Source: Podarcis tiliguerta (lineage: Eukaryota). Taken from it: a stretch of 64,000 nt of DNA. Shown in pieces: positions 13,087 to 24,074 of the stretch (position 1 is the first letter of the stretch; every line of letters starts with the position of its first letter). Made by a program: the position numbers and the translations under genes. The stretch is taken from the NCBI GenBank assembly GCA_965153285.1, contig OZ229110.1. One strand, written 5' to 3'. The notes under the pieces are model-generated. The model saw only the letters and a program-made list of their open reading frames with translations, made no database searches and was not told the DNA's origin.

Positions 13087-13250
13087 GATTAACGGTATCT
13101 GAAAACATGAGCTGCTTAGAGTGTCTGAGCTCCTGCTTAAACCAGCTTGTTCCCAGCTTGCAAGTTTTGCTGTCCCTGGGTAGAGACAGAACAGAGGGAG
13201 CAGGTGAAGGCTCTACACTTCTTCAGCAGCTACCAGGCAAATGCTCAGTA

Positions 13251-13491
13251 CAGTGGTACCTCGGTTTAAGGACAGCCCTGTTTACGAACTATTCAGTATA
13301 CAAACTCTGCAAAACCAGAAGTAGTGTTCCGGTTTACGAACTTTACCTCGGTCTATGAACGGAATCCGAACAGTGGAAGGGCACCGGTGGCAGGAGGCCT
13401 CATTAGGGAAAGCACGCCTCGGTTTAAGAACAGTTTCGGTTTAAGAACGGACTTCTGGAACAGATTAAGTTCATAAACCGAGGTACCACTG
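13251..13491. mobile_element. Tigger/pogo-like MITE
   Basis: Perfect TIR cagtggtacctcggttta / taaaccgaggtaccactg with TA TSD. Confidence 0.9.
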
Positions 13492-14373
13492 TACAAGGAA
13501 GCAGAAACAGGAAAGGTGGAGCTAAGGAATTAAAGTGCTTCCTGCTTTATTCCTTCGAGAGGCAGATTGGCTGCTTTTCGTGAATGCACATGAAATATAG
13601 TTTTGTGGAAAGTAGGCGAAATGAACATGGCAACTAAATAGATAAGTCTGAGCAAAGCACAGAGCTGCTGTGCTCCCCACTCCTCCCTGCTCCATCATCT
13701 CTCCTCCTCGCACCAATGGAGTCGGGGGGGGGGGGAGTGTGGCAGAGTTTAGTTTCACTTTTAAAGCATCCCTGCTTAGCTTTCTTTTCGAACCAGAGAT
13801 TCTAAGTTTAAAGCAAACAGCAGTCAGCCAAGTTGACATTTCTTTGTTGATGAATGAATCACTTCCCACAAAGAGATTTATAGTACAATGAAAATATGTA
13901 TGGAACAATTGCAAGTATACAGTGAAAACCTTTTAACACTCTTATGGAACTCACTGTTGCTTTAAATCAGGATAGTTCGTTTGAATGCAACCATAACCTA
14001 GCCCTAAATTGTAACCCTTTAGAAGTGAAACTAAACTCCTCCTTTTCGGCCATGTGGGTGGAGCACAGGTGACTGGCAGCACGCAAGTCTGACATTTCAA
14101 TTAGGATCATCCGCTAAACCACTGTTTTGAGTTAGAGGCAAATGTGGCCAGTGCATCTTTTCCTAAGAAGTGGAAGTATGAGCATAAGTATTTATATCAG
14201 CTTGCTTTCAAAATGGTAGTATTTCTAGGGCAACGGTTATAACATTGGCCCAAGGTCTGGTTGCAGGTCTTGAACCTCTGTCCTCTAAACAACATGAACT
14301 CAGATTGCACAAAATGTAACTGGGAAATCCTGCTGTGCAGACACAATACAAAATTGGGTGGTCCCTTTCTCAC

Positions 14374-14620
14374 GCAAAAGGTCTCTGCCGTGCATAACTA
14401 TATGAGTCTGAATCCAAAATCCATGGCTACCCCTTTGCCGAAGTGTACAGCCGGATTTATAGGTAGAGTGCTACCCATTAAACGGAAAGTTGCGAAACAC
14501 AGCTAGAGCAAATACAGAAACCCTTAAAAACAAAGAGCAAACAAAACACATCAGCATTTAACCGACTCCAGTCATGTGACAAGCACCACACTACAAGCAC
14601 TGAAAGGGGCACTAGTTTAA
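14374..14620 (-). promoter_or_regulatory. Candidate internal TNS1 promoter and short first exon
   Basis: Minus-strand TATAAA (14456-14461), GTCATGTGAC E/M-box (14571-14580), local CpG retention and a donor-like TGC|gtgaga at 14374. Motif-based inference only. Confidence 0.3.
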
Positions 14621-15124
14621 ACAGACGAAAGGTGACTTTGGCAGTTAAAACACATGTCCCTGAAAGGCCACCAGCCTCCAAAGGCCTGAATCCAATTCCA
14701 ACTGTGCCATAAACTCCCAGAGTGACCTTGGGCATATCCTTGAGTCTTTCTAGGGGCCTCCATTCCTGCCTTAATCTTTACTTTCATTAAACACAGCCAG
14801 ACCCTTTAACCTTTCCTCACACATCACATATACCCATTAATATCCCCCTCAGTCATTCCTGTTAATAAATTCACTTCCTCCTCTGCCCACATTTCTTACC
14901 CACAATCCATAGTTCTCAGGCTCTCAGAAACAGAGGGGAAAGAAATAGAATCTATTTTTATTTTAATTTATTAAAGACGGGCTGAGTTGGGAAGGAAATG
15001 TAAATAATGGATGTGATTTATTCAGAGTTCACAACCAGGAACAACAGGCTGAGGGGGAAGTGTTCTGTCAGACATTTCCTACTGATGGTATCAAGTATGG
15101 TCTATTGGACAGCATGATGGATTT

Positions 15125-15265
15125 TAGGGTTGCCATACGTCTGGAATTTCCCAGACATACCCAGAATACTGCAGTTGGAAGCAGTGTCCGGGTGAGGAGA
15201 CATGTTTTGTTGCAGCTGAGGCAGAAGGCAGCGTCCGGTTACACCTTTGTAATATTTTCTTTAAA
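15125..15265 (+). mobile_element. hAT (Blackjack-type) terminal fragment
   Basis: tagggttgccatacgtctgg terminus; a similar tagggttgccat end occurs at about 11911. Confidence 0.5.
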
Positions 15266-16827
15266 TTGTCTATTGTTGCTTCTGTTTTCTGTACACCACC
15301 TGGATATATTTTTTAAATATATTAAGCAGTACACAAATTAAAGAATCAAAATTATCAAATCAATCCTCTCCCTCACACCTGGCAGCAGGCATTACATCAG
15401 GCAACGGGGAAGAGAAAATGGGAAGCAACTTTTGGCTAATTCTTTCCAGTTTTCACTGCAGCTGATTGTTGAAGGAACTTTGTTTTTCAGAACAGGTGCC
15501 TCTGTTGTTGTTTTTCCTTCTCCTCAGTCCCTCTTCCTTTTGTGTTGTGGCTTTTAGATTCTAAATCTGACTGTCTTACTGGTATTTGTAAGCCACTGTG
15601 AGAGCTCTTGGGGGGGGGGGGCTGAAGGATGACGATTGCTATAAATCAATCAAAGCTTCAGGTTCTCCAGTCCCAATCCCTAAAAGGCTTTGAAAGTAAG
15701 CACTAGTACCTCACACTGTGCCCAGAAACTGACTAAGCCCTAGCAAAATGTCGTTCTACTTTGCCTGGTCCCAGTTAGAAGCTGAGCAAGTGTCATGATA
15801 TTACATAATGCCCACACATCTATTGCTTTCTTTTGCACATCACCTGCATTGTATATTTTGTTGGCTGTGTCTCATGGAAACTTATAACCAAAAGAAGTTC
15901 TCACTATACCAAAACAAAGAGTATGGTTGATAAAATATGCACTCAGGGCTATGATCCTAAGCCACTTACGTAGAAGTGCATTCCACTTAAATCGATGCAA
16001 CTTATTTCAGCATAATATCTTCTAAGACTGGGGTGGTAGGTATAAATCAAAGCATGAATAATGGATAGATGATGAAAACCTAACACAGCAATTGACATAA
16101 AAATGCATTAAGTTAATGGACTGTTTGGGCCTGGAGGCGTTCAGTGAGGTTTGCCTTAATTCTTCATTGAAGTGTTTTCCTTTCCTTTTTTTCCCTTTTT
16201 GTTAAATTAGCTTTGGTTCACAGCCCTACCCAAAGTACCTGTATGTGAGGATTTGACTTGGGGGGGTACAGCATAGGTTACAGTCACCAGAGATGCTGTG
16301 TCAGCCCCATTCTGGGTTTACCGCCACTTGATGGCACCAATCTAAATGATTAGTGCTTGCAGACATTATGGCAGCAACAAGCGCGACTTGCCACACTGAA
16401 CTCATTTTGGGTGATAGTTCCATGGCAACCGCAAGGTATGCTCTGAGTCTGGTAGAGATATTCCAAGATCCATACATTCTACCTATCTGTGAGTGGTCAG
16501 CTCCTAAATTAGGCCTGCTCTCATCAACCCCTATGGATCAAAACCCCTTCCGAAGTTTATGTATGTACCTATTAAAGCCTGTCTTGAAAAAAGCAAAGCT
16601 TGCCTACACAGGATTTGTCTGATGCAGTAAGCTTAAGGAAATGATTTTGCATTGTTCTATCACCACCTATGGACATGGCTGGGCTAGGGTTGTACTCCAG
16701 GTTATCCAGAAGGTAACACCAGCACATTTGGTTTCTTATGCCTTAGTTGTGAACCAACTGTGCTAGCCACAGTGTTAAATGAAAAACATGCTGGGAAACT
16801 CCCTTGCTGAACAACAACTTGCACCTA

Positions 16828-17043
16828 AGGCTATCAAGGGCTTCCAACCATGATTGCTATGTAGTACCTCCCATATCAGAAACAGTGTGTTTCTGAATAG
16901 CAGTTGCTGGAGATCATGAGCAGGAGAAGGCTGCTGTGTTCATGCCCTGCTTTGGACTTCCTGTAGGCATCTGGTCAGTCACTGTAAAACAGAGTGCTGC
17001 ACTAGCTGGGCCCTTGGTACAATCCAGTAGGGCTCTTACGTTC
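16828..17043 (+). mobile_element. CR1 LINE 3' end
   Basis: ggcatctggtcagtcactgtaaaacagagtgctgcactagctgggcccttggtacaatccagtagggctctt, the CR1 3' terminus. Confidence 0.75.
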
Positions 17044-18489
17044 ACTGAGGTTTCCTACATAGTATCACAAAGGCAACCCAGGAGCCCATGAAAAAGAAAA
17101 ACTGCTAAATCAAATCCAAGATCTTTGCAAGATCTTTACCTCTTCAGCTAATTAATCAAAGGTGGTAGAGGCATACAACACTTCATATAGTTCACAAATG
17201 TTTATTTTGTTACCACCTCTGGGCAAACAGTTTTCCGGGGATTTGGGCATAATGCAAAAACCTGCCAAGCCTGTTTGCCAGGGCTGAGAGCAAGGATGCA
17301 TCATGAGAAGTGATCCCTCTGTCGAAGGGATAACTCTCTGAAAAAGATGTTATTTTTCCCTACCTAAAATAAGAAGGATGAGTTCTGTAAGAGGCCAACT
17401 ATCACTAGAGGTCTTTGCAAAAATTGCACAAAACCACTAGCTATTCATAAAACACGGTATGAAAGTGTCCATATCATTTAAGAATGTGGATGGAAAACAT
17501 GCAAATGTTAGAAAATCGAATATAACATTATTGACTTTACCTCCCCCGTGGGGCAGGTTTATGTGTCAAAGAAAGGAATTTTAATCTGTATCTTGCATTT
17601 ACTGTTGACATATGAGAAATAATCACCTAAGGGAGTCTGTGAAGAAAGAAGAATTTGTAAAAGTAGCAAAGGCCTAGCAGCCTAAAATACCTAGCTACAA
17701 ATCAGACACTTCATAGTCACCATTTCCCCCACATGAAATATACCGTGTTTGTTGAAAAATGCATAACTTACCAGTGCATAAAGGACACAAGGCTTTATTT
17801 TGTCAGTTATGCAGTTGTTTGGGACTCACTCCAATTCCAGTTCCCCAAAAACTACACACCCAACAAAAATTTATTGTACTGCGTTTACTACTGCACACAC
17901 CTATTAGAGTACTAGACATCCATGAAGCAAAAATTGCATGTGTATACAGACCCCAAGAAAAGAATCAGTGGCCTTTCTTATATGATACATTTGCATTGGA
18001 TAACAGATGGATTTGTGATTTTAGAGGAGACGTTTTATTTTTTAACCAACACTTAGACTTGGCAAGACTAAAATTTGGGTAATTTGTTAAACAACAAGCA
18101 AAAGTTTAGAAAGGAAGCAAAAGTTAGCATGTGTGTGTGATGGAGAGAGAGAAGGAGAGAGAGAAGGAGAGAAGCCAGAACATCCTTATTAACTTTCCTG
18201 CCAAATTTCCTCGGCATGTACACATTTCCACCTTCCAAATGCTGACACTTCCAGCGCATTATCTGCTCACAGGCTTGCAGCGCTAAAACCGTGTTTTTGA
18301 GATCATTGCCAACTTTGCATTATGCAACTTATGCAACAGTTCCACCTTCAAATTCACAGTTGATAATGCTGAGAGAAACAATGGCAATATATACAGCGGA
18401 GATAACACTACCTGTGACTTCTAAAGCCCAAGATGAATGCTTAAATGAGAACAAGACTGCTTACCTCAGCTTCCTTAAGTATAATGCCA

Positions 18490-18679
18490 GGCTGTGTATA
18501 CACCATACCTTTAAAGCACAAGACATCCCCCCAAGGAATCCCACTAAATGTCGCTTAACCCTCACAGTGCTACAATTTCCAGCACACTTAACAAATTACA
18601 TCTCCTAGGATTCTGTGTGGAAAGTGATGTTTTTAAATGCGCTTTAAACCTGCCTTTAATGTATGGTGCATACAATGCC
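18490..18679. mobile_element. PIF/Harbinger-like MITE (short)
   Basis: Inverted ends ggctgtgtatacaccatac / gtatggtgcatacaatgcc; related to 29759 and 48342. Confidence 0.55.
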
Positions 18680-21243
18680 CTCATGTCCCAAAGAAACATT
18701 CCTTGCTGCCTCATGAAGCATACTTTTCAAGTCTTGCACATCATGTGTGACCTGCAACAAAATGGTGCTGTTGTTGAGAGTTCAAGCCAGTCAGCTACAC
18801 CTTCCTCTAAGATCCTAGAAGCTGAAAGGCTAACACGCTCTGCTGCCTTTGGTCTTCCATTTTTTCCTCCAGTCCACATTCTATGGTTCCAGGAAATTAC
18901 TGGTCCTGGGGTGGGGGTGGAAATCCCCTTTGGGATTTAAAAAATGTTCTGTACTTCAACATACCACAGGGATCACATAAGCATACTGATAGCTCCCTCT
19001 TCTTTCTCACTGGCCCACATTTTGGCTACAGTACTGTCAGCACTCAGTCACTCAAGTTCACTGTTAGTGAGAAGGACAGTGATGATTATGCTTCCCACCT
19101 GCACTCGCTGGATGGTTCATTATATTTTTGTGTCAAAAGAAAAAGAGAGAAAGGTGAGACAGGAGATTGAAATATCTGTGTCAGATTGGGAGCTTCTTTC
19201 TTGCGCCAAATAGTGGGGGGTAGGGGACACTTTCATTGGCGCAGGAGCACCAGGGTTAAGTTCCCATGGATCATGGTACCAAACTTGATTGGGCAGCCCA
19301 ACATCATATATAGGATCATATATATATGAACCAACAACAAGGCACTGGTTTTAGTAGTAAAAAGACCTCTGCCAGTTGAGCACAATCCAGTATGTGACGT
19401 GGTTTCAGATACAGAGGGCAATATCCTTCACATGCAAAGAGCCACACAGCATGACTCCTGCCTCCAATCTACAGCTCTAGTTCACAGAGCACCTGCACCA
19501 ACAGACACAGCATTCACTTCAACAGAAGGACCAACTCTGAGCCCACCTTTCTTCATAAGCACAGGGCTGCCTACTCTTCAAGCAACGGGGGCTGGCCATG
19601 CTTGCAGGACAGTTTAGTGTGCATGCTGAACTTCAAGCTGCAGACACTCAAAGAACTGCTCACCAATCCACCATATATCCTTGGCTTGTTTCAGCAAGTT
19701 TCCTCACTCCAGGTGAAGATGCAAGGGCTACCCTGGAGCAGCAGAGCTTTGTCATCTTTCCTAACTCTTGCACACAGAATACAACTGTTTTATCTATTTA
19801 TATGGCTATCGTGATGCCTTTGGGAGCTGGGTAGATGTCGTACCTAACAGAGCTGTACTCTTTAAATGCTTTCATATTTCTTTCCACTCATCTGATAAAT
19901 CGTTTTTGAAAAAAACGATCTCCTTGTAAAACACTGTGTGATGTTTCTCCAGTCTAAAGCACCAAACCTAGATGTTGCTTGTCTTTATGACAACAATATT
20001 TGCTCACAGACATAAATGCACCTAATATGTGCTGTATGCCAAGTCATATATCACCTGACCCCGGGCCTTACCTCCACACACAGTGGCATTCTGCCCTGTT
20101 TGCTGCCTGTAATTCTGTCACTTTTAAAAATATATACAACACAGCTAACCAATTCAAAAACATCAGAGACTGCCCTGGGCATCAACATGGAGGGCCAAAT
20201 AAAGTTTTTGAGCACAAAAATACAATATTAATCACTTTGCTATGATGTGGTGTTTTATTTGTTTTGTTACGACAAAACTTAAAATAATGAGTTTTTCAAG
20301 ATGGTTTGTTGTTCATTCTATTTATGCTGTTTATTCAAATGACTGAAATATTTAGTGCATTACACCTTTGAGTTAATTTTTGTGTGAGTGTATATAATAA
20401 AAAATACAGGAACTTTACAATTCTAATGAGACTGTACAATCATAAATGGATTTTTCACATAAATGGACTCATTCCCCATAGGACCAGTTCTTAGTTTGTG
20501 ATGGTACTCAATGATATGTAGTAATCCTCAGCTTTTTTTTCCTTTTTCTTTTTTGCTGCCTATGGCATCCATTTTACACTGGCACTCATGGCACTTTTAT
20601 CAAGATATGAGCACCAGAACATCATTTTTTACCACCACCAACCTCAATAAAGGCACTGCATATGACTATCACTTTGCTATGTATTACTGACTTGCAATTT
20701 CATCAGAGAGAAAAGGGTTGGCGATTCAGTGCATTACCTCTGCTGAGAATGCCCTCTTGACTAAAAGTTGCCTGAGCCAATGACTTTGCCTTGGAAGGTT
20801 CTGGGGTGATGGGGTGACCATCAGCACTGAGAAGGGATAAGGCATTGTCAGGGAACTTGGGTCATATGAACAGAGTCTGGGGAGAATGCAAGATGTGTGA
20901 GACTTTTATGAGCCAATTGGAATTGGTAAAAATACAACTGCAATTCAATCTAAAACCCAATGTCTCTGGCATGAAATCTGAGTTAGCAGTTGATTTACTG
21001 ATGAAATAAAACAGGCATTTCTGCATCAAAGTTCAAATTCTGGTTTTGATGCCCTTAAACTAATACTCAAAACGGTACTTGTAGCCCTATGAATATTTAC
21101 ATGATGGCCACATATGATTTGCTTAACTCTGGTTAAGTTGTAATAAACTTTTAAAACTGAACTATGCCACATCAAAACTGAGATGAGGACCATTTTGCAT
21201 AACTGGGTCTTGTAACACTCACCGCATTATAAAGCCTCTTAGG

Positions 21244-21580
21244 GGCAGGCCAATGGCCCACCTAGTTCAATACAGCGACCCATCAGAAGCCTATGAGAAA
21301 CCCACAAGAACCTGAGTACAATGGCACTCTTACCACCTTTGATTCCCAGAAAATGGTACTGAGAAGCATACTGCCTCCAACAATGGAAGTAGAGGATAGC
21401 CATCATGACTAGTAGACACTGCTAGCTTTATCCTCCATTTATCCTCTAATCATCTTTTAAAGCCACCCAAGTTGGTGGCTATCACTACCTCTTGTGGGAG
21501 TCAAACAAAAATATTAACCTTTCCTCACAGGGTAGCTGCTCCACACCCTTAATCAATGTGCCTGCCCTTTACTGAACCTT
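21244..21580 (-). mobile_element. CR1 LINE 3' fragment
   Basis: Reverse complement of the CR1 3' region: gatagccatcatgactagtag...cttttaaagccacccaagttggtggctatcactacctcttgtgg. Confidence 0.75.
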
Positions 21581-22037
21581 GCTTCTTTCTCCCTGGGCTA
21601 AGTTTGTGACCCCTGATTGGCTGGATCCTGCCACTGGATCCTTATCTCCACTTTCACTAATGTCATATCCAGTCCAGCAGTTTGGTTCATTGTGGACATA
21701 CTCCATCCTGGTCCAACACACCACTGGCTTCTTTGGAGAATATGATTGTACTTTTTATTTCATGCTTCTCATTTGGGATCTCATTCCCACCTTCAAACCC
21801 CTTGAGAGAAAGACTCAACAAGTCTTTCTCTTTCTCCATAATTCCATCTCCACCTACTTATATAGCTTACAAAGTAGGAGAGGAATAAAGACCCAGACCA
21901 TCTTCACAAGGCATCCCATTCAACAACAGGAATAATCCCTCAAGGGTCCTCCCCTTTGCAGCCCTGAACTAGTGCCAATATACATATTACTGTTCCTATA
22001 CATCAGATAGGTGTATAGCCCAACAGACTTATTAGAG

Positions 22038-22173
22038 CAGGCTTCCTCAAACTCAGCCCTCCAGATGTTTTTGGCCTACAACTCCCATGATCCCTAGCTA
22101 GCAGGACCAGTGGTCAGGGATGATGGGAACTGTAGTCTCAAAACATCTGGAGGGCCAAGTTTGAGGAAGCCTG
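22038..22173. mobile_element. hAT MITE (136 bp, near-perfect hairpin)
   Basis: caggcttcctcaaact...agtttgaggaagcctg TIRs extending about 60 bp; 8-bp TSD tattagag/tattacag. Confidence 0.9.
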
Positions 22174-22325
22174 TATTACAGTCTAAAGAAAACAGAAAAA
22201 AATCAAAAGGTCATGGCAAGGAGGCAATTCTTTCAGAACAGAACAGGAGGAACATTTATTAAAAAGAAGATGAAAAATGGTGAATGGTGAAGGTCAGAGC
22301 CTTTGCCCTGACCATGGTAGATCAA

Positions 22326-22468
22326 AGAATCATTGAATTGCAGGGCTGGTACCCTGATCATTTAGCCCAGCAGTCTGCTGAATGCAAGTTATGCAATGCA
22401 GAATGCAACTGCAGCATCCTAAGCAGAAGACTGTCCAGCCTCTGCTTAAATAGCTCCAGGTGTAAAGG
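22326..22468 (-). mobile_element. CR1 3' end (second subfamily, old)
   Basis: agaatcattgaattgcaggg...gtccagcctctgcttaaatagctccag. Confidence 0.55.
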
Positions 22469-23588
22469 CTAAGACAGATACTGAAGTATATCTGAAAGGC
22501 AGAACCTAGAAATGAGACTGAGGCCACACTATTATAAACTGGTACATTGCATGCAGCATCCCCTCCTTCCCTGTCCCTGAATGTCCATGCCGTACTGGCA
22601 CATGAATTTTGGCCTATGTGCATAGGCAAAAAAAAGGGGGGGATACAGTCCAATTCCCAGATAAAATCCAAGAACCAGTTATGCGAATTTGCACTGAGTG
22701 TGGGCCATAATTTGGACATATGGGGATGGCATGACAGCTGGAGGAGTTGACTGGCATATTTGTGCCCTCTCCACACAAATGGTCAGGTCCAAACAGTCCC
22801 AGAATGTTGTCCAGTTGTCCACTGTTAGGACAATGTGGCAAACGGGCCCTTGCACAGCAATGAATGTGCCAGGAAGGGAGCAGTCCATCAGAGGAACATG
22901 TGAAAGAACCAAGGCTGCCACTACCTCCTAATCAACCATACAAAAATCCCTAGTAGGGGTGTGCTACCTGGAACTTCATGCATCACCACTGACACAAGTT
23001 CCACTGAAGCGAGCAAATGATGGTAGAAATGGGGTAATGAAGAAGGAAATGCAGTGCTAAGTCCATCTACCTTCAACAAAGATCTGCCCTGTTCAGATCT
23101 GTCTGAACAAAATAAGCAAGCACCCAGCCCAAATGAAAGTGGTTGCCAATGGTAGGCTGGGCTCATGGACGACTTAAGGGAGAAGAAGTTATGTCTGTGC
23201 CAGCAGCATTTCTTCTGGTGGCGCATTACTGCCCCATTCTGTCACCACCATCTTGCCTTAAGCTTAGACTGTTGCCACCCCTGTGAAGAGCAGCATAAGA
23301 ACTTCAGTTTCTCTTTACTTTGTGGAGGTCACTGATGTTATCCATGGACCGCTGAGCCTAGGTCTGCCTGGCTTCTAAGAACCAATGCAATCCAACAGAG
23401 ACAGAGGGATGGGCTGATTTTCCAATCTAAGCCGCACTTTAGACCCAGATTCACTAGGCAGCCCTGAGCAAGTCACTATCCGGTGGCCTGTAAGCCCAGT
23501 CTGTTAAATGGGAATAATACATCAAGGATGGCATGAGGCGCAGCACCACAATAAGAACGATAAAGCATTTCTTAACATCAAGAGCCAA

Positions 23589-23788
23589 NNNNNNNNNNNN
23601 NNNNNNNNNNNNNNNNNNNNNNNNNNNNNNNNNNNNNNNNNNNNNNNNNNNNNNNNNNNNNNNNNNNNNNNNNNNNNNNNNNNNNNNNNNNNNNNNNNNN
23701 NNNNNNNNNNNNNNNNNNNNNNNNNNNNNNNNNNNNNNNNNNNNNNNNNNNNNNNNNNNNNNNNNNNNNNNNNNNNNNNNNNNNNNNN
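23589..23788. other. Assembly gap (200 N)
   Basis: Run of exactly 200 n, typical of a fixed-size scaffolding gap. Confidence 0.99.
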
Positions 23789-24036
23789 TGGCAAATTTCA
23801 CCTTGAGGAACAATCACAGCATTTTCTTTTTCAAAAAAGATAAACGAAGTACAGAAGCAGGAGGGCGAGAGAAAGAGAAAGAGAAAGAAGGAGAGGGAAA
23901 AGGAGAGCAACAGAAGTTCCCTGTTCCTCATCCAAATGACTTTTCAAAGAAGATTCACATCAGACAGAAGGAAAAGGTAGCACAAACCGCAATGTTGTTG
24001 TAAGACAATGAGAGTAGGAACAAGGCACTCTCTTAC

Positions 24037-24074
24037 CTTGGCTTCACATTTCTTGTGACAGGAGAGCTTGCAAC
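24037..24074 (-). CDS. TNS1: Tensin 1 coding exon (38 nt), second part of the C1 domain
   Basis: Minus strand reads ccttttctgtttcccgtacag|GTTGCAAGCTCTCCTGTCACAAGAAATGTGAAGCCAAG|gtaaga. The phase 1 start joins the 115-nt exon in frame to give G-CKLSCHKKCEAK, completing the C-x2-C-x4-H-x2-C ligands. The intervening intron is 24075-45616 (21.5 kb). Confidence 0.92.
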
